Below, in pieces: positions 27,166 through 39,325 of a stretch of DNA of 64,000 bases (position 1 is the first letter of the stretch; the number at the start of each line of letters is the position of its first letter). The notes beneath the pieces are model-generated. The model was not told the origin of the DNA and searched no databases. It saw only the letters and a list, made by a program, of their open reading frames with translations. Source of the stretch: Azolla caroliniana (taxonomy: Eukaryota; Plantae; Polypodiophyta); NCBI GenBank assembly GCA_043228905.1, contig JBHGNT010000012.1, forward strand, positions 9,114,001-9,178,000, in the 5' to 3' direction. The position numbers and the translations under genes are program-made.

Positions 27166-27636
27166 TGTTATTCTCTGACCGGACAAGGCCTAACACAAGG
27201 TGTCACGGAGACACTTCACCAAAGGGTGATTACGGCATAGGATTAAGATTCAACGATTACACCGACTTACGTAGGTTACACGATTAGATTGCTTTGGTTA
27301 ATTACACGCGTAAGATATAACAGTAAATACAGAACGGAAATCAATACAGAAGTATAAACACCATATGCTCTATTAATTATCCGCTGTGATTACAATGGGG
27401 TCCGGGCCTTTAAATAGGTTTCCGGCCCGTAGTACAAAACGGTGCCTCTCGCACCTATTCGGGATCCGTCCGGATCTGGAACGGCATACCGTTTCCAGTC
27501 CGTCCGTCCACACTATGCTCATTTACAACTATATTTAATTAATTCCTTCACTCCGTATTTTGGACTCCTTGCCGGCCGGTAACACATGGCACGCCCGTGG
27601 GACAGTACCTTGTACGTCGAACCCTTCTCGGCCCCT

Positions 27637-30513
27637 TCATTGTTCAAGAATTTCCACTTGTTCTTCCGGTTGTGGTTGTTGCGGCTGTGCTTGCTGCTGC
27701 TGTTGCGGTTGGGACTGCGGCTGTTCCGGCTGCTCTATAGGCGGCTGCTCCGTTTGTTTCTCTGACTCCGGCTGCTCCGTTTGACTGCTTCCGGTCCGGT
27801 CTCCTTCCAGTAACGGTTCCTCATCACTGAGGTTGACCGTAACCGGTTCTCGTTCTTTCTCTCCCCGGATCCGGGACCTCTCGTAGCTTTCAAACTGGAT
27901 CTGCGCCTCCAGCCTGTCGTCGTCCAGCTGAGCTACAAGTTGCCGGACTTGCCCTAGTTGGTCGTCTGCCAAGGCTTGAAAGTCTTCGGCAAGCTCATCT
28001 CTTATGCCGGTGAAGTCTTCGGAAGTCAGCATATAGCAATCATCTCCCTCCTTCCGCCGGTTCTCTACGTCGGCCCGGAGCAGTTGGAGTTCCGCCGCGT
28101 TCGTGGCCCACTTGGTCCACCATTTGACGGAGCCGTTGTCAATCAAGCTCTTGGTCTGGTTCAACCAGGCCCGCATGATATCCTGGATGCGACTTGCTCC
28201 CATTTGCGCTCTACTTTCCACCACTTGTCGCTCCTCCTTCAACTGCTTGATGAGATTCGCCGTATCCTCCGCCTGCTCTCTGTAGCGCGTCAGCTGCCCT
28301 TGATATGTTGTCTGCAGCCTCTGCAGTACCTCCGCCGCTCTTTCTTTTTCCGCCTGCTGTTGCCTGAGGAGCTCTGTCCGAACCTTCTCCGCCTCTTCCA
28401 ACCGTCTTCTGGTTTCCGCTTGTTCCTTAGCGTATGCCGTTGCGGTCCGATCAACTGCTTGCCGGAGCTCATCTGTCTGTTCCTTGTGCTCCGTTTGCAA
28501 CCGTTTATACTCCCGGTGCAAGTGCTCAAATTCCTCCGTTTTTTGTTTGAGCTTGCCGTTGATCTGGGGCTGGTTCCGGTCCTCCCGATCCTTTACCTGC
28601 CGGAGTTCCTCTTTCAGGCGCTCTACTTCTGTTTCGGCGTTCCTCCGGAGCCTGTCCTTTTCTTGCAGCATTTTCTCCTTCTCCTCCTTGAGCCGGTCGT
28701 ACGCTTGGTGGCCTTTCCGTAAGCTCTCCTCGGCCCGACGTAGATTCTCAGCAGTCTTTTTGAGTTCTGCCTCCGCTGCCGTCTTCAATTCTCTTTCGCG
28801 GCTCCTCAACGCTTCTTGGGCAGCTAGCTCATCCTTTAAATCCGCAAGCTCTTGGGCTTGTGCCGCATTTCTTTCCGGAACAGTTTCCGTTGCCGGGGTC
28901 TGATTGCTATGTACAGGTCGATCTGACGCTTTATTCTGTACATTGCCCGGAGTCACCGGTGCTTGGACTTGTGTTGTCAAAGCGAATTGAGCCATTTCCC
29001 TTGTGACCCTGTCCAAGTCTTGTTCAAGGCTCCGGATTCTGGACCGGGCCGTCTCTAGATCTACGGTTGTGACGAGCAACCGTTCGTTGTGCGCTCTCTC
29101 CTCCGCCTCTATGTACTCGACCGCTCCGGCGATCTGCTCACCTACCCACCGTAGCCACATGCTACTGGTGCCTTGCTGCTATACTGGTCCTACTCCTTGG
29201 CTGCCGTGTGTGCTGGCTGGGCTCGCCGGCTGTTGATTTCCGGTTCTCGCTGTCTCCGGAGCCGTTGGAATGACTTCTGGTATAGAAGTCGACAAGGCCG
29301 GTTCTACCCGCATCGGTTCCGGTTCCTCCCTTGTGTTTTGCTCAGGTTGAGTTCGGGGCGTTTCTTCCTCTTGCAGGTACGAACGCTCCCCCGCTGTCCC
29401 GGCGGTCCCACTTCTTGACTGTCGTTGGAGGTGCTCTTCTGGCTCCTCCGTTTCCTCTTCCTGGGTAACGGCATGTTTCTGTGCCGTCAAGGGTTCTGGT
29501 TCCTTCTGACCCGGTCGCCGTATGGTTATCTTAACGGGTCCCACCGGTGACACCTCCTCCGGTTCTGGGAACCGTTTCTTCCCTTTCGTCGCCTTCGACG
29601 CCAGCAACTGCTGTCGTTTGGACGCCGGCTTCGAGGTGCTTCCTTCCGATACTCTTGGCCGCTTCTTTGGCTGAACGGTCTCGACCGGCGGCACGAGCAA
29701 TGTTATCCACTAAGCTACGACATGCCACAGCTTCCGGCCCTCCTTGCCGTCCTTTCCTCGTACCATGTCGATTGCCACGCACAAACCGTCTGCAATCAAC
29801 ACTGGCCAATCCACCTTGGTCCCTTCATAGGTGGCTATGATCATCCCTGCCCGATTTTTTGGCATGACCGGGGGTCGGGGGTACACGTGGCCGTACTCAT
29901 GGAGCACTCGAGCTATCTCCCTGAATAGCGGATCTTCGCCGCCCTGCGTTCGATAGCCTCTGCCAGCAACAGAGTACTCACCGAAATATCGGATGAGTTG
30001 CTCCGGGGTTGGGTTATCGATCTGAAAGATACCTCCCTCCGGAAGGCCTGTTAGCGCACGGATCGCTTCCTCGGTGATGACCTCTGTGTCGAGCTCCTTG
30101 ATGACCCGGTCGGCTTCTCTGTGCGGTGGTGCCTCCATGATGGCCAAGAACCCCTCCAGTCCGTGTTGCCTGAACCATTTCCTGGCCGCTTCCGACAGCG
30201 TTTGTGGTTCCATGTCTGCTTCGAGGTCGAGGAAAGATGGCGAGGTAGAGTGGTGATGAGAGTGAGAGCGAGAGAGAGAGCGTTCTGAACGCGGGGGTTC
30301 TCTGAGTGCAGGTTCGCGTTTGCTAAGCTTCCACTGCCTTGGTGCTTCTGTGCTTCTTGGCTCGCGAAAATAGAAGGTCTCCATGCGCTCTTCTTTTTCT
30401 CTGTGCGTCTTGGCGCCTTTTTCGAGCATGCGCACGTCGTGTACCGATTTAGTATTAAGTAACGTGGCGGCTCTTAAATGCCCACTACGTACCTTTTCGC
30501 TCCTTGCTTTCAC
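27637..30513 (-). pseudogene. D accessory ORF (~950 codons, conserved N-domain plus long coiled coil) with two in-frame TAGs
   Basis: ORFs 29710..30513, 29179..29700 and 27637..29160 are in one frame; E/K/Q/R-rich heptads. Confidence 0.85.
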
Positions 30514-30586
30514 ACCCGTTCATACCTCGATTTTTAATGATATTTTTTTTTTTTTTTTTTTTTTTTCTTAATGACGGTATGTGATC

Positions 30587-33500
30587 TTACACATCCGTAA
30601 GTCTCTTCGGACCCTTACCGTTTTCCTTACGGGTTGCCGTGTCTGCCTCTGCTACTAGTTCCCCGTCGTCTTTTTCTTCCATCCGTACCGTTCCCGGACA
30701 GATTCCCGGTATCGTGCCGGTGAGCTGCATAAACGGGTTCTTTGGCATCGGTCCTTTATAGGGCTTTAGTCTAAATCCGTTCACCCACTTGCCTAGTACT
30801 TCACCGGCAAGTGTCCCTATCTGATAGGACCCGTTGTATTCCCGTGTCAGCCAATACGGGCCTGTCCATCTAAACCGGAGTTTACCCGGCATCTTGCCCA
30901 TCCTCGTTTGGAATACTAGAACCGGTTTTCCGATTTCGAACATCTTTTCGTTACCTTTCCGGTGACGGTCAACGAACGCTTTCCGTCGTCGTTGCTCCAG
31001 TTCCATGTGTAGGATGCTGGCCAGCCGTTGCTCCTCCAGGTCGCATAGTGCTGCTAGCCGCATTACCTCCGACTTCTTTTCATTCAGCCGTTCCCGTAGT
31101 TGGATCCGTAAGCTTGGTACCTGAAATTCCACCGGCATGACCGCCTCTAAGCCGAACGCTAACCGGAACGGTGTTGTCCGGATACTTGTTTTGTATGCCG
31201 TTCAGTACGCCCATAGCGCGCTATGGAGCTTTGTATCCCAGTCCGTCCGGTTTTCGTTGACGATTTTGCGGAGAATGTTCTGCAGCGTTTTGTTGGTGGA
31301 CTCTGCTAACCCGTTCGCCCATGGGTAGTACGGTGTGCTTCGTTTATGGACCACGGCATAGAACGTTGTTAAGCTTTCCACTACCTGGCCGAGGAAGTGC
31401 CCTCCTTGGTCGCTGATTAATTCAATCGGACATCCATATCGGCACCAAATGTTTTCGTACAGGAATTTTGCTGTGGATGACGCGGTGTTGTCTCTCAGGG
31501 CCTTAGCTTCCACCCATTTAGTGCAATAATCCGTTGCCACGATGACATAACGATTACCCGTTCTCATTGCCGGTGGCTTGAACGGTCCGACAAAATCCAA
31601 CCCCCACTTCTGGAATGGCTCTAGTGGAAGTACCGGTTGGTGTGGCATCCGTGCTTGCTCCGTAGGCTGGCCCATTCGTTGGCATAGGTCACATTCCTTA
31701 GCGTACTTGACGGCGTCTTTTAACGTCGTGGGCCACCACAAGCCGCTCTGCCATACTTTTCTTGCCGTCGCTTCCCCGGCATAGTGTCCTCCGGCAACCC
31801 CACAGTGTGCTTCTCGTAAGATTACTTGTTTCTCGTCACTACGGACTGCCCGTCTCCATATTCCATCTGCTCCTTCGTGGTAGAGAGTGTCCTGTAACAG
31901 ACAGAAATTGCGGCTCTACACCGCCAGTCGTTTCCTCTCATCCCGGTTCATTTCCTCCGGTGGCAGGCCCGTGCTTAGGAACTGGTGCATGTTTGTTAGC
32001 CACCTATCTTCTGATGCCACCATGTCGTCCGCTGTCGTTTCCGGGGTGATACGGAATAACTCTGCGTCCGGGAATTCATCCGCTACTCCGTCGCCTGATT
32101 CTCCGGACTCTAACCGGCTCAGATAGTCTGCTACGGCATGCTGGATACCGGGCCGGTGGAAAATCTCGAATTCGAACTCCTGCAACAGCAAGGTCCAACG
32201 GGCCAACTTACCGGTCAGGGACGCCTTGGACACTAAGTACAGGAGCGCCGAGTGATCCACATGAAAGGAGAACTTCCTTCCCAATAGGTAATGACGAAAC
32301 TTTGTGACACTGTAGATCATGCCCAGGGCCTCCCGTTCCGTCGTTGAATAGTTCTTCTCCGCTTGGGACAGTTTCCGGCTGGCGTAATATACCGGCCGGT
32401 ACCATTTGGGCTCCGTAAGTTGCATTAAGGCGCTGCCGATAGCGATGTCGGACGCGTCAACGAACACGTGAAATTCCTTGCTCCAATCCGGAGGCTGCAC
32501 GACGGGTGCTTGCGACAAAAGTACCTTCAGGGCATTGTATGCCTTATCCTCCGTATCTGTCCATTGGAACGGTGTCCGATGTACCGCGGTGTGTAATGGT
32601 GTAGCCAAGTCAGCCAAGTGACGGAGCATCCGGCTGTGCCACCGGATCTGTCCTAAGAATCGGCTTAGTGCTTTGGCCGTTTTCGGCGCCGGTGCCCCTA
32701 GTATCGCGTTTACTTTGTCCGGGTCGACCGCAATGCCCTCCTTACTTACAATGTGTCCCAATAAGATTCCACTTGAAACCCCAAAGATGCATTTTGCTGG
32801 GTTTAAGCTTAGCCGGTATAACCTACACTTTTCAAGGCATAACCGTAGGTGTTGCAAATGGTCTTTTCCCCGGCTATAGACTGCAAAATCATCCCGGAAA
32901 ACTTGCATGAAGGCAGGAATGTATTCGCCGAAGATCTCCATGATGATTCGCTGGAACGTTGCTGGTGCCGTTTTTAGGCCGAACATCATGACTTCGGCCA
33001 CAAACACCCCCCATTCGGTGACGAACGCTGTCTTCTCCTGGTCGTCCGGGTGCATCCGGATTTGATTGTAACCGCTGAACCCGTCTAGAAAGCTATAAAC
33101 TTCATGGCCGGCGACGGCATCCAGTACTCCATCCGCGAACGGAAGAGAGAATGCATCTGTAATTGTGGCTGCATTTAGTTTCCTGTAATCTACACACACA
33201 CGGATTTTACCGTTCTTCTTTGGGACGACGACGATGGGGCTCAGCCACGTCGCTTTCTTTACCGGCCGGATGAAGCCCACTCTTAGGAGTTTGTCGATTT
33301 CCTCCTTCACTTTGGCGGCGTAGTTGGGGTTCATTCGGTAACGTCTTTGCGCCACTGGTTTCGCGTCCTTGCCTAAGTGGATCTGATGCTGATATAATTG
33401 AGGGTCCAGCCCTCGCATGTCTTCGTATGACCAGGCGAATACGTCGGGAAACTCCGTGAGAAGTTTGATCATCGCCGCTTTATCTTCCGGCTTCATTTCT

Positions 33501-33890
33501 TTGGTGATGTGTACCGGCTTTGCTTCGTCCTTGCTTCCTAGGTTCACTTCGTCGAGCTGGGATGCTTTTACCCGTTGGGAAACGGCCATTTCCCGTTCCA
33601 ACGCTTCCTGTGCTTGCCGTAATTCCCGAATCGCATCTTTGTCTGGTTCGGCTTCGGTTTCGTCCCGTTGCGGCAAGTATGGCGCTACGGCTTCAGCCAC
33701 GTCAATCTCGAAGAGTGGTACGATCTTCGGGTGTTCCTCCAAGTACTGGGCTTCTTCGTCGTCTGCCAACCCTTCAAGCATGTTCACGCATTCCGCATAT
33801 AGCGGTGTGCATTCCTTACCGTTGCTCGTCCGTGGTTGTGTCGGAACCCGGACCTTGGCTTTTCCGCGCCGGAAGGTAATCATTTTTTCC
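30587..33890 (-). pseudogene. pol: D pol (RT-RH-IN), disrupted
   Basis: ORFs 31916..34093, 31202..31741 and 30587..31138. No second (archaeal-type) RNase H between RH and IN. Confidence 0.94.
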
Positions 33891-36438
33891 GCCAATTTTG
33901 CTTGATGTGTGTTGTTTTCAACCATGGTCTGCCCAGCAACAGTGGGTATGCGCCTTGCGCCTGTAGCTGCAGCACTACAGCCGAGATGTGAAATGTGTGA
34001 CCTCCTATGGTGACTTCCAATTTCCGTATTAAGCCTGTCGGCCGTACAGAGCTCGTATCCGCCATCCGTAGCCAGAACGGACATGGCTCCCATTCATGTA
34101 TACCCAAGGCATTACACGTGTGGAGGCTTATTACGTTCACCCCGGTACCTCCATCGATTACTGTGCCGGGAAGTTCGTGCCCTTTGACAATAGCTGTAAT
34201 CACCGGACTGCTAGTGTCCACTACCGTCGGTCCCTCCTCCGGGTTCGAGAAGAGGACTGGTGCCGGTGGGGCTATACCGTCTGTCATGCCCGTTTTTAGT
34301 CCTTCCGTAAATCGCGGCACGAGCTGTAAGAGTCTTCCTAATGGCAACGTGATCTGACATTCTTGCAGTGCTTGCCAGGTCTCGTTTTCTGGGTGGCTAC
34401 CGCCGGCACTCCCTATGGTATTCGTCTTTTGCCGTTCCGCGTCCGTGACATTCCTTTCATTGGCTTCCTTCACCCATTCCGTCGCCTGTTTTCGTATGGC
34501 CTCTTGTGTTTCCCACTCTTTGGCCATGCCTTTCGACCGTGTGGTTACTTGCTGTAAATCCGCCACTTCCGGAACCACCATATTAACTGCTGGTCGTTTA
34601 TCGTAGCTCTTTGCCGGGCACTGGTTACTGTAGTGGCCTTCCTGCCTGCAGTAATAGCAGTACTCTTTACGGGTATTGCTGGATTCTGCTTTGCTGGTAT
34701 CCGGAGTCGGTCCCGTAGTGAGTGGTGCGTTCTGTGCCGGTTGGCTCCTTGGGGTTCCCTGTTCCGGGTCCCTAGTGTGACCACCTTTCTTGAAATTACG
34801 TTTCTTATTATTCTTATTTTTATTTCGGTAGTCCGGTCGTGGTGGATCGTAAAATCGACCGTAGTCCTCCTGGTGCCTTCGGTAACCAGGGGAATGGTCT
34901 CTGTCGTATTGCTCGTGTCGTCTGTTGGGCTCCCGATAACGGTCCGATCGCTCATACCGGTCGTAGTTATCACGCCGATTCCCGTATCGGCCATCATTCT
35001 CTTGCCTGTCTCCGTACCGGATATCCTGTGCCGGTGGGTACCGGTTCATTCTTTGCCAACGATCGTCATCTTCGTCTCGGCTGCTTCTTGGCTCGATCCG
35101 TCGGACGGGTGGTGCTTGTCGGTTTAACAGGTTATACTCGCACCGGTCCGTTGTATGACTCTTGGATTGACAAATCACACACTGGGTTCGCATGGTGCAC
35201 TCCACTGCCGAGTGTCCGGCATTCAAGCAGATTGTGCATTGAATTGCCTGCCGGAACCGGAGATCTTCATCTGTGGGTAACGCCCGTTGCAGTGCTCCCA
35301 GTGTAAGCCATGAGCTTGACTTTTCCATTTCTCTGACCCGGTCAATGACCTGGTCGATGGTGCATCCTCGAAAGTCGATCACCGTACACACCGTGCGTAA
35401 CGGTTCCCGGAGTGCGTTTAAAAATATCGTCCGTAGTTCCTCCTCCGGGGGTGCACGGGCAAGCTGGCTATGCATTCGTTGGAAACGGATGACGAATTGG
35501 GGAATGCTTTCCCCTGCCTCCTGTCGGATCGTATAAAATAGGCCCACCATTGTCGTCTGGTCGACCTCCTTGTGGAAAAAATGCAAGAATTTTGCTTTTA
35601 ATTCTGCAAAGGTTGTGATGGTCGCCGGGTCCTGCGTCCGCCGCCATCGTGTCGCCGGTCCCTCCAACGTGACTCCGAATTCCGCTATCTTCGAGCGTTC
35701 TTCTTCCTCCGGTGTCATTCGCTGGGACGTGTGATTTGCTTCCCATGTCTGCTCGAAGTCATGAACATGCGCTTCCGCGTCCGGATCATCGCGATACTTT
35801 GAGTATTGGAACGGCATGTCGTCGTCCAGTATTAGGCCGCGGTTTAGTGGCGTTTGTTGATATCTTTCCGGTTTTTTCTCCGGTTCCACTTCCGGTGCTT
35901 GTGCCGGTGCTTTTTCCGGTTCCTTTTCTGGCTCTTCTTCCGGTACCTTTGCCGGCTCTTTCGTTGGTGTCGGTGGCTTTGCTTCTTCCACTTCCGGTGT
36001 TGGTGGGTTGACGGCTTCCGTTTGCGGTTCCGGATAGCCCTGGTTGAGCGGTTCCGGTTCTGGAGTCGGCACGGTATCCGACCCGTCGTCCTCCGGGCCG
36101 CCGGGGGTATCGTTGCTGCTCCGGTAGTTCGTGTGCACGCTGTATCCCCCTTCGGAATCCGATTCGTAGGCTGAAAAGGCTTCTGCCTCGTTTTCTCCGC
36201 TTGCCAGCGCCTCGAGGAGGCGTTCGGTTTCCCGGAGACTACTTAGACTGCTTTCGTCGTCCTGGTCGCGAGTTTGCCGTAACCGAAGGGATTCCTCCGC
36301 GACTCTCCAGATCTCGTTGGAGAACGAACGATCCGAGCGAATTTCGTGCGCTGCTTGCTGGAAAGTCTCACGCCGTCTTTGCCGTTCGGCGAGGCGTCGA
36401 GCTCGGTCTGTAACCAGGTCGTGCGTTGGTCTCGTCAT
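33880..36438 (-). CDS. gag: D gag-protease (852 aa), frameshifted relative to pol
   Basis: Three CCHC-type motifs, DGGTGVN protease, LLGRPWL. Confidence 0.92.
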   Translation of the reverse strand: MTRPTHDLVTDRARRLAERQRRRETFQQAAHEIRSDRSFSNEIWRVAEESLRLRQTRDQDDESSLSSLRETERLLEALASGENEAEAFSAYESDSEGGYSVHTNYRSSNDTPGGPEDDGSDTVPTPEPEPLNQGYPEPQTEAVNPPTPEVEEAKPPTPTKEPAKVPEEEPEKEPEKAPAQAPEVEPEKKPERYQQTPLNRGLILDDDMPFQYSKYRDDPDAEAHVHDFEQTWEANHTSQRMTPEEEERSKIAEFGVTLEGPATRWRRTQDPATITTFAELKAKFLHFFHKEVDQTTMVGLFYTIRQEAGESIPQFVIRFQRMHSQLARAPPEEELRTIFLNALREPLRTVCTVIDFRGCTIDQVIDRVREMEKSSSWLTLGALQRALPTDEDLRFRQAIQCTICLNAGHSAVECTMRTQCVICQSKSHTTDRCEYNLLNRQAPPVRRIEPRSSRDEDDDRWQRMNRYPPAQDIRYGDRQENDGRYGNRRDNYDRYERSDRYREPNRRHEQYDRDHSPGYRRHQEDYGRFYDPPRPDYRNKNKNNKKRNFKKGGHTRDPEQGTPRSQPAQNAPLTTGPTPDTSKAESSNTRKEYCYYCRQEGHYSNQCPAKSYDKRPAVNMVVPEVADLQQVTTRSKGMAKEWETQEAIRKQATEWVKEANERNVTDAERQKTNTIGSAGGSHPENETWQALQECQITLPLGRLLQLVPRFTEGLKTGMTDGIAPPAPVLFSNPEEGPTVVDTSSPVITAIVKGHELPGTVIDGGTGVNVISLHTCNALGIHEWEPCPFWLRMADTSSVRPTGLIRKLEVTIGGHTFHISAVVLQLQAQGAYPLLLGRPWLKTTHIKQNWRKK

Positions 36439-36876
36439 CCATTAAGCCGTCGTTCGCTGCGAGAAAGCAGGAATCGTGGTCGCCAAAACTGTGTTATTCT
36501 CTGACCGGACAAGGCCTAACACAAGGTGTCACGGAGACACTTCACCAAAGGGTGATTACGGCATAGGATTAAGATTCAACGATTACACCGACTTACGTAG
36601 GTTACACGATTAGATTGCTTTGGTTAATTACACGCGTAAGATATAACAGTAAATACAGAACGGAAATCAATACAGAAGTATAAACACCATATGCTCTATT
36701 AATTATCCGCTGTGATTACAATGGGGTCCGGGCCTTTAAATAGGTTTCCGGCCCGTAGTACAAAACGGTGCCTCTCGCACCTATTCGGGATCCGTCCGTC
36801 CACACTATGCTCATTTACAACTATATTTAATTAATTCCTTCACTCCGTATTTTGGACTCCTTGCCGGCCGGTAACA

Positions 36877-39187
36877 CTTGTGCCGTCCATAACTTCCATC
36901 CTTGCGCAAGGGATTCATCGATCATTTTCTTTGCTAGGTTTCGATGTTTCCCTATGATGTGCTGCACTTTGTCCTTAGTGATGCTTGCGACGAATTGAGC
37001 GGCTTGCAGCTCTTTCCGTAAATCCGTAATAGTGGCTCGGTTTTCACTTTCAGCCCGCATTAGTTTGGATTCGACTACATATATGTCCATCCGCCTTTGT
37101 TCCGATATCTTCCGAATTTCGTTCAGTTGTTGTTCGAATGCCGATTTCTCTTTGCTCCATTCCTCCTGGTGTTCCGTAATTATTCTGTTGACTTCTTCAA
37201 GACTCCGCTCCTTTTCTGTCAATTGACTTTCCTGTGACACTATATACCTTTCGAATTCCTCAATTTGTTCGGTATATGTATGATTGGCCGTCTTAGCTTC
37301 TTCCAGATTTTTCTGTAATTCGTTTATTAATTGATTTTTTTCTTCGAGAACTTTGTATTGGCCATTCTGAATGATTTCTATTTGTTTTTCTAATTCTGTA
37401 GTTCGAAATACAGCATTGTTGGCCCTTGTTGTTTTTGCTTGACGTGCTTTCTCAACGTCCTCCAATTTCTGCTGCCATTCTGACTCCGACGCCATAGGTC
37501 GTGCCTGTGTTTTCCATTTGTTTAGACTTTCTTTTAGTTCTTTATTTTCTGTCTGTATGTTACAAAACTGACGTTTCAGCACCTCCGCCGATGTTGATAC
37601 ACTTTTGTATCTTTCAGCCATATCACTGGCTGCTTTGCGTGCCGTTTCATATTCTCTATGAATTTCGACCAGTGCTTCATGTAATGGTGGCATTTCAATA
37701 GCCTCCCCTCTATTCTGTGCATTTCTTTTCCGGCTGATTTTCTCTATCTCTGCTTTTTCTTGAGGTTCCAACACTCCTCGTAAGGCCTTCTGTATCATTA
37801 TTCGGTCATTATGTTCTTGAGCCAGCCGTTCTGATACTTCTGTCAATCTTCTAGCTAACCATTCAACCAGTTCGTATGAAGTTCCGAACTGTAAAATGGC
37901 AGCTAATTCATGTGCTGCTGGTGGAATATCCAAGCACCCATGTGCTTCCCGAATTGCTACTTTTGAAGATTGTCCTTGTTGAAGTTGTGTCGAAACGCTC
38001 TCATTCCCTGGTTTTATTACTTCTGCTACTACAGGCGTATTCAAATTTTCCTTTGTGCGTTGCCTTTTCGGTGCTGACCCATCACTGTTTTCTGGTTGGA
38101 ATTGCCGATTAGCCTTTTGTTTAACCCTTGTCCTTTGTCGCATCTTCTCTGCTTGTTGTCGATTTTCTGTCGGCTGCTGCTTGTTTATCAAATGGTCAAC
38201 TGTTTCTTGTTCGGCTGCTGGTTGCCTGTTTTCGGAATTCTCTGGTCTTGGTGGTTCCGACTGAGGCATATCCGTTTGTATATTATCGGCATGTGCCGAT
38301 TCTTCCTCTATCCATTCTTCATGTGCTACCTATCAGTGTCTTCGAGGTGCTTGTACTATCGGTGGTCTTCTTGACTGAACAGGAGTTTCCGATTCTTGAA
38401 TCGGAAACAATACCGATAGCCAATGACCAAAAATTTGCTTCATTGGTTTTCCTGTTTTTACCCCTTCTAGCTGCTCTCTCAGAGCTTCCCCCGACAATAG
38501 TGGCCAGTTAAAATCCTCTTTTTTGTATGCGGCTATGATAAACCCAACCCTTTTTTTCGGCATACAATAAAAACGGGGACTGACAAATCCCACCTCTAGT
38601 AAAAATCTAGCCACTTCATGGAAAAACTCATCCCGACCTCCGTAAGTCTGATATGCTTTTGCCGAGGGTGAGTATTCCCCGAAATACGATTGGAGTGCTT
38701 CTGATGAAGGTTTTTTAACTGCCTCAAAGACTCCTCTTGGCATCTGTAATGCATTTCGTATTTTCTTTGTGGTGACCTTGGTGATGTCTAATTGTTGTAC
38801 CAATTCTTCCGCCTGCGGATGAGGTTTCGCTTCTGCTACTTTGATGAAACCTTGTAAGTTTCTCTCATGAAGCCACAGTCCCAGTTCTTCAGACACAGGA
38901 ATCGGCATGACTTCTGTGTTTGCTTGTTCTGAATCACTTGTCGATGACGGTTGGAGATCTGCACAGCTTCTGTAGCGATGAAAATCAGAAAAACAGAGTT
39001 TGGGCGAGCTAGGGCACGAAGGCTCAGAATGTTTCGAGATCTGCACTCGTTTCTGTTGCTTTGGCGACACAGAAGATACAGAAATATGCTTTAAAGATAT
39101 TAACTTATGCATTATGACTAAAGAATAGTAATTGCTATTAATGTAGGAATTAATTAGTATTAACTCTACGTGTAGTGGTTGTACCAC
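36877..39187 (-). pseudogene. F accessory ORF (conserved N-domain 38333..39187, coiled coil 36877..38269)
   Basis: YFGEYS..Y.T.GG.D..F.E.AR and NWP.L motifs shared with A and D. Confidence 0.82.
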
Positions 39188-39325
39188 TTACTAATAATCA
39201 TGCAATACCTCTTCCTATTTATAGTCGATTCAGACTGTTATGGCAAGATTCTATTTCTGCATTGACAAGAACTATTGAGTGAGTTAGTCAGTTTTTTTAT
39301 TTTTTTTATTTTAATTTATTTATTT

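Larger units (their letters stand above)
27166..36876 (-). mobile_element. Element D: complete young non-chromoviral gypsy (LTRs 27166..27584 and 36492..36876)
   Basis: Perfect TSD CTTGT. LTRs appear identical by eye except for a 34-bp deletion. PBS TGGCGACCAC at 36476..36485. Confidence 0.96.

Noticed and set aside
27637-29160. Captured host myosin/SMC-like gene
   Set aside because: It is in frame with the element's accessory ORF and mirrored in F; it shows only generic coiled-coil composition.
27166-36876. Assignment to Tat/Ogre or to an env-bearing retrovirus
   Set aside because: No additional archaeal-type RNase H is present and no clear transmembrane segment is seen in the extra ORF.
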